From the NCBI GenBank assembly GCA_013239625.1, contig MU053933.1, forward strand, positions 1,947,026-2,011,025: 64,000 nt of DNA, in the 5' to 3' direction. Each line of letters begins with the position of its first letter. The stretch's first letter is position 1. This DNA comes from Lama guanicoe. Lineage: Eukaryota. The notes beneath the pieces were generated by a model. The model worked only from the letters and a program-made list of their open reading frames with translations. It searched no databases and was not told the origin of the DNA. Of this stretch, positions 61,487-64,000 are shown in pieces. Both the position numbers and the translations under genes were made by a program.

Positions 61487-63230
61487 CTGCAAAGGAGAGA
61501 GGGGCTCAGTGCCCACCCGAGGACCCCGTGGGCTCTGGGAGCGCCGGGACGGTGGGCAGGGAGGGCCCCTGGAGAGGGGCGGGCTCCAGTCTCACTGGAC
61601 TACCTGAGCTGTCTGGTGGGAACGCCCGTAGGAGACCTCACATCTTCTGTGAGTCTTTTCCCCGGTGGTGGAAAGACAAGCGTGACCAGGGTCCTCACAT
61701 CTCCCGCCTCCCCAGGAAGGAGCCCACCCTACAGGAAGAGGGCACAGAGGGTCCCCAAGGACAGACCACTGGCCTAGCTCAGCGGGTCCTGCTTTCAGTG
61801 GGGCGAGGCCCCCCCGGAGCAAACCCACAGAGAAGGGAGGCGGGACCGTGGGCAAGGCCCGCTGTGTTCAAGGGCGGTGCTGCCCAGCAAGCCCGTGCCT
61901 GTGGGTCCCGGGGCACCCGTGCTGAGGACACCCGCAGGGGCCCCGCGTGCCAGGTATGCAACCCTGGGACTCAAGGCGCCTGGACGTGGCACCAGGCACC
62001 TCGCTGGAGTTGGGGGACACTTCTTGGCTTACTTTGGGGGAGTGAAGGCCAGACGAGGGACCAGAAACAGGCAGTGCCCCTCCAGGCACTCTCCCCGCCC
62101 GCCTCCCTGGGGCAGCTCCACTGGCCAAGGGAGGACCGGGCGGGGGTCAGCCAGCAAAATAGTCCCTGCTTCCAGGGAGGGTGGGCCTCCCTCCTCACGC
62201 CTGAGCCTGAAGGGAAGCACCTGCTGCGCTTCTGGGAACAGCCCCGCCTCCTCCAAGGGGGAGAAGTGGGCGGGAGAGCGAGGGGCAGGGAGACCCCGCG
62301 CGGAAGGGGCGGAGTGACTCTCAAGGCTCCTGAGAAGGTCACATTTTGGAAACCTCCTCCACCTCGTTCCCGCCACCCCCTCCCCACACACAGCGCCAGC
62401 GGGACAACGCTGGGATCAGGAGGTGCCGAGAAGAAGTTTCCAGAAACTTCCTGTCGGGAGAACGCACGACTTACTGTCCTGTAAGATGCAGTCAACGTTG
62501 GTTCAGCACAAGGGCAAAGGCCAGACACGTGGGGTTTGGGGGAGAAGATGGCCACCTGCCCAAGGGCTCTGGGGGGACGGCGCATGGCAGAGACAGGACA
62601 GGAGGGCCAGCGTGGGGAGCAGCGGGGTGGCTGCTCGGGGCGGTGAGGTGGAGGGGGTGATCGTGAGGATGAACAGTCTTGAGAATTCTCGGGAGGCAGA
62701 GAAGGGTGTGTGCGTGTGTGTGAGGACCCAGGGCAGGCATGTGTGAGGGGCTGGAAGCAGCTCAGTGGCGCAGCCCAGAAGTGCACGGCGGGGCGAGCGT
62801 GAGGACACAGGCTTGTGTGAGCGCGTGCTCTGTGTGTGTGTGTGTGATGAGTGTGAGCGGGTGTGGGCATGTGAGTGTGTGAATGTGAGTGTGCAGGGAG
62901 GCAGGTGCTCTAGTGGCTTGGGAGGGCGTCCCAGGACCGGGGCACCGAGCCATGCGGCCCGTGTCCAGGAGTTCGTCCAGAGGTGAGAACCTCAGAGGCA
63001 GCAGTGCGAAAGCAGGGAGAAGTTCTCCAAGTGGAAAGGGGGCACCCCAACCCAGAGCTTGTCTAGAATTCTTGGGGTGGCCCCATAAGCCCCCAGACAC
63101 AGCCCCCAACCTGGACGCAGAGGCTCTGTCTGGAAAGCCCTCCGTTCCCTCAGACTTCTGACCTCGGTGAACCCGGCGCTGGTCAGCCCCCCACCCAAGC
63201 CTCCCCGGGCCTCGAGTGCCCAGGAAGTAC

Positions 63231-63316
63231 CTCCTCACGGCGGGGATGTTGCTCCACACGTGCACGGCGTTCTGGGTGGTCCTGCCTCGGACGTGCTGGA
63301 TGGTCACGGGGTCCGT
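63231..63316 (-). CDS. DNMT3L: DNA methyltransferase 3-like, penultimate coding exon
   Basis: 86-nt exon (ttctcatccctcag|...|GTACTT) encoding TDPVTIQHVRGRTTQNAVHVWSNIPAVR, with the DNMT3L 'QNAVxVWSNIP' motif. Upstream exons lie beyond the window. Confidence 0.93.
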
Positions 63317-64000
63317 CTGAGGGATGAGAATGCTGGCGGTGAACTGGGGGACCCGGACCATTACCTCCACCCCCACGGCGCCCACAGGCCTCGGCCACCA
63401 TGGGCACCATCTCTGAGCCCTGAACACAGGCCCCAGCCTCCCTGGACTGTCTTCTGGTCCACATGGCTGACATCTCACATCTCTGTTTTTGTAGTAAATC
63501 ACCTCATGAGGAAAAAAGCTGAGATAGTATTGTAAGACTTTTAACTGGTAGATATTTCATTCCCAAGGGCACATGGCCCAGGGACTCCCCACTTGCTCCA
63601 GAGCGGAGGTGGGTTCCTGTGAAGACAGAGAAGTCCTGGGTCTTAGAACCAGGGGAGTCTCGTCTCAGGGAGATGAGAGGCTCTGTGGGCAGAGAGCAGG
63701 GTTTCCTAAAGGGCTGGTGCTTCACAGGGACCGTGGGGAGTCCAGTGAGCACCTGGGTCCTGGTCACGTCTCCCCGGAAAGCACCGGCAGCCAGGGGAGG
63801 AAGGGCTAGTGGTGGGAGCTGTGGAAAGGATGAGGGCAGGGAGGAGAAACTGAGGCCACCCAGCTGCCAACACTCAACTTGAGGTGGCCTGGACTCCACC
63901 TCCTTGAACCGTCCCCGAGCGTGACCGCCCTGGACACATCAGCCTCCTCCTGTGTCCTGACGCCTGGCCGGGAGGAGGCTCACACCTGGACGGACCACCA

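Noticed and set aside
61462..62484. 340-aa plus-strand ORF antisense to the last DNMT3L intron
   Set aside because: No recognisable domain; GC-driven stop depletion in intronic sequence.
62762..63502. 246-aa ORF read as a stand-alone gene
   Set aside because: Only the 86-nt segment bounded by splice sites is DNMT3L-like. The rest is intron read in frame.

Overview
This is GC-rich mammalian genomic DNA, probably camelid: it has three tRNA-derived SINEs resembling camelid Vic-1, and I recognised no Alu, Bov-A/BovB or PRE1. It is syntenic with human 21q22.3. The window holds a complete 7-exon ICOSLG gene on the minus strand (ATG 55950, stop 48051, 912-nt spliced CDS = 303 aa, all introns GT-AG) with its CpG island. 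It also holds the last two coding exons of DNMT3L (minus strand, 63316-63231 and 61486-61273). Bases 1 to about 46 kb are non-coding and contain MaLR/ERVL LTRs, ERV LTRs, L1 3' ends, MIR, SINEs and a few tandem repeats. Almost all ORFs in the supplied track are chance ORFs of GC-rich DNA. I found no evidence for a new multi-gene system. The best leads are: an apparent stop-loss extension of DNMT3L by 16 aa, possible truncated or alternative ICOSL isoforms, and candidate cis-regulatory elements (a tandem kB cluster, a RUNX-motif minisatellite, an octamer/CCAAT ERV LTR and a tandem NF-Y element). Repeat family names and human comparisons come from memory of consensus sequences, not from searches.
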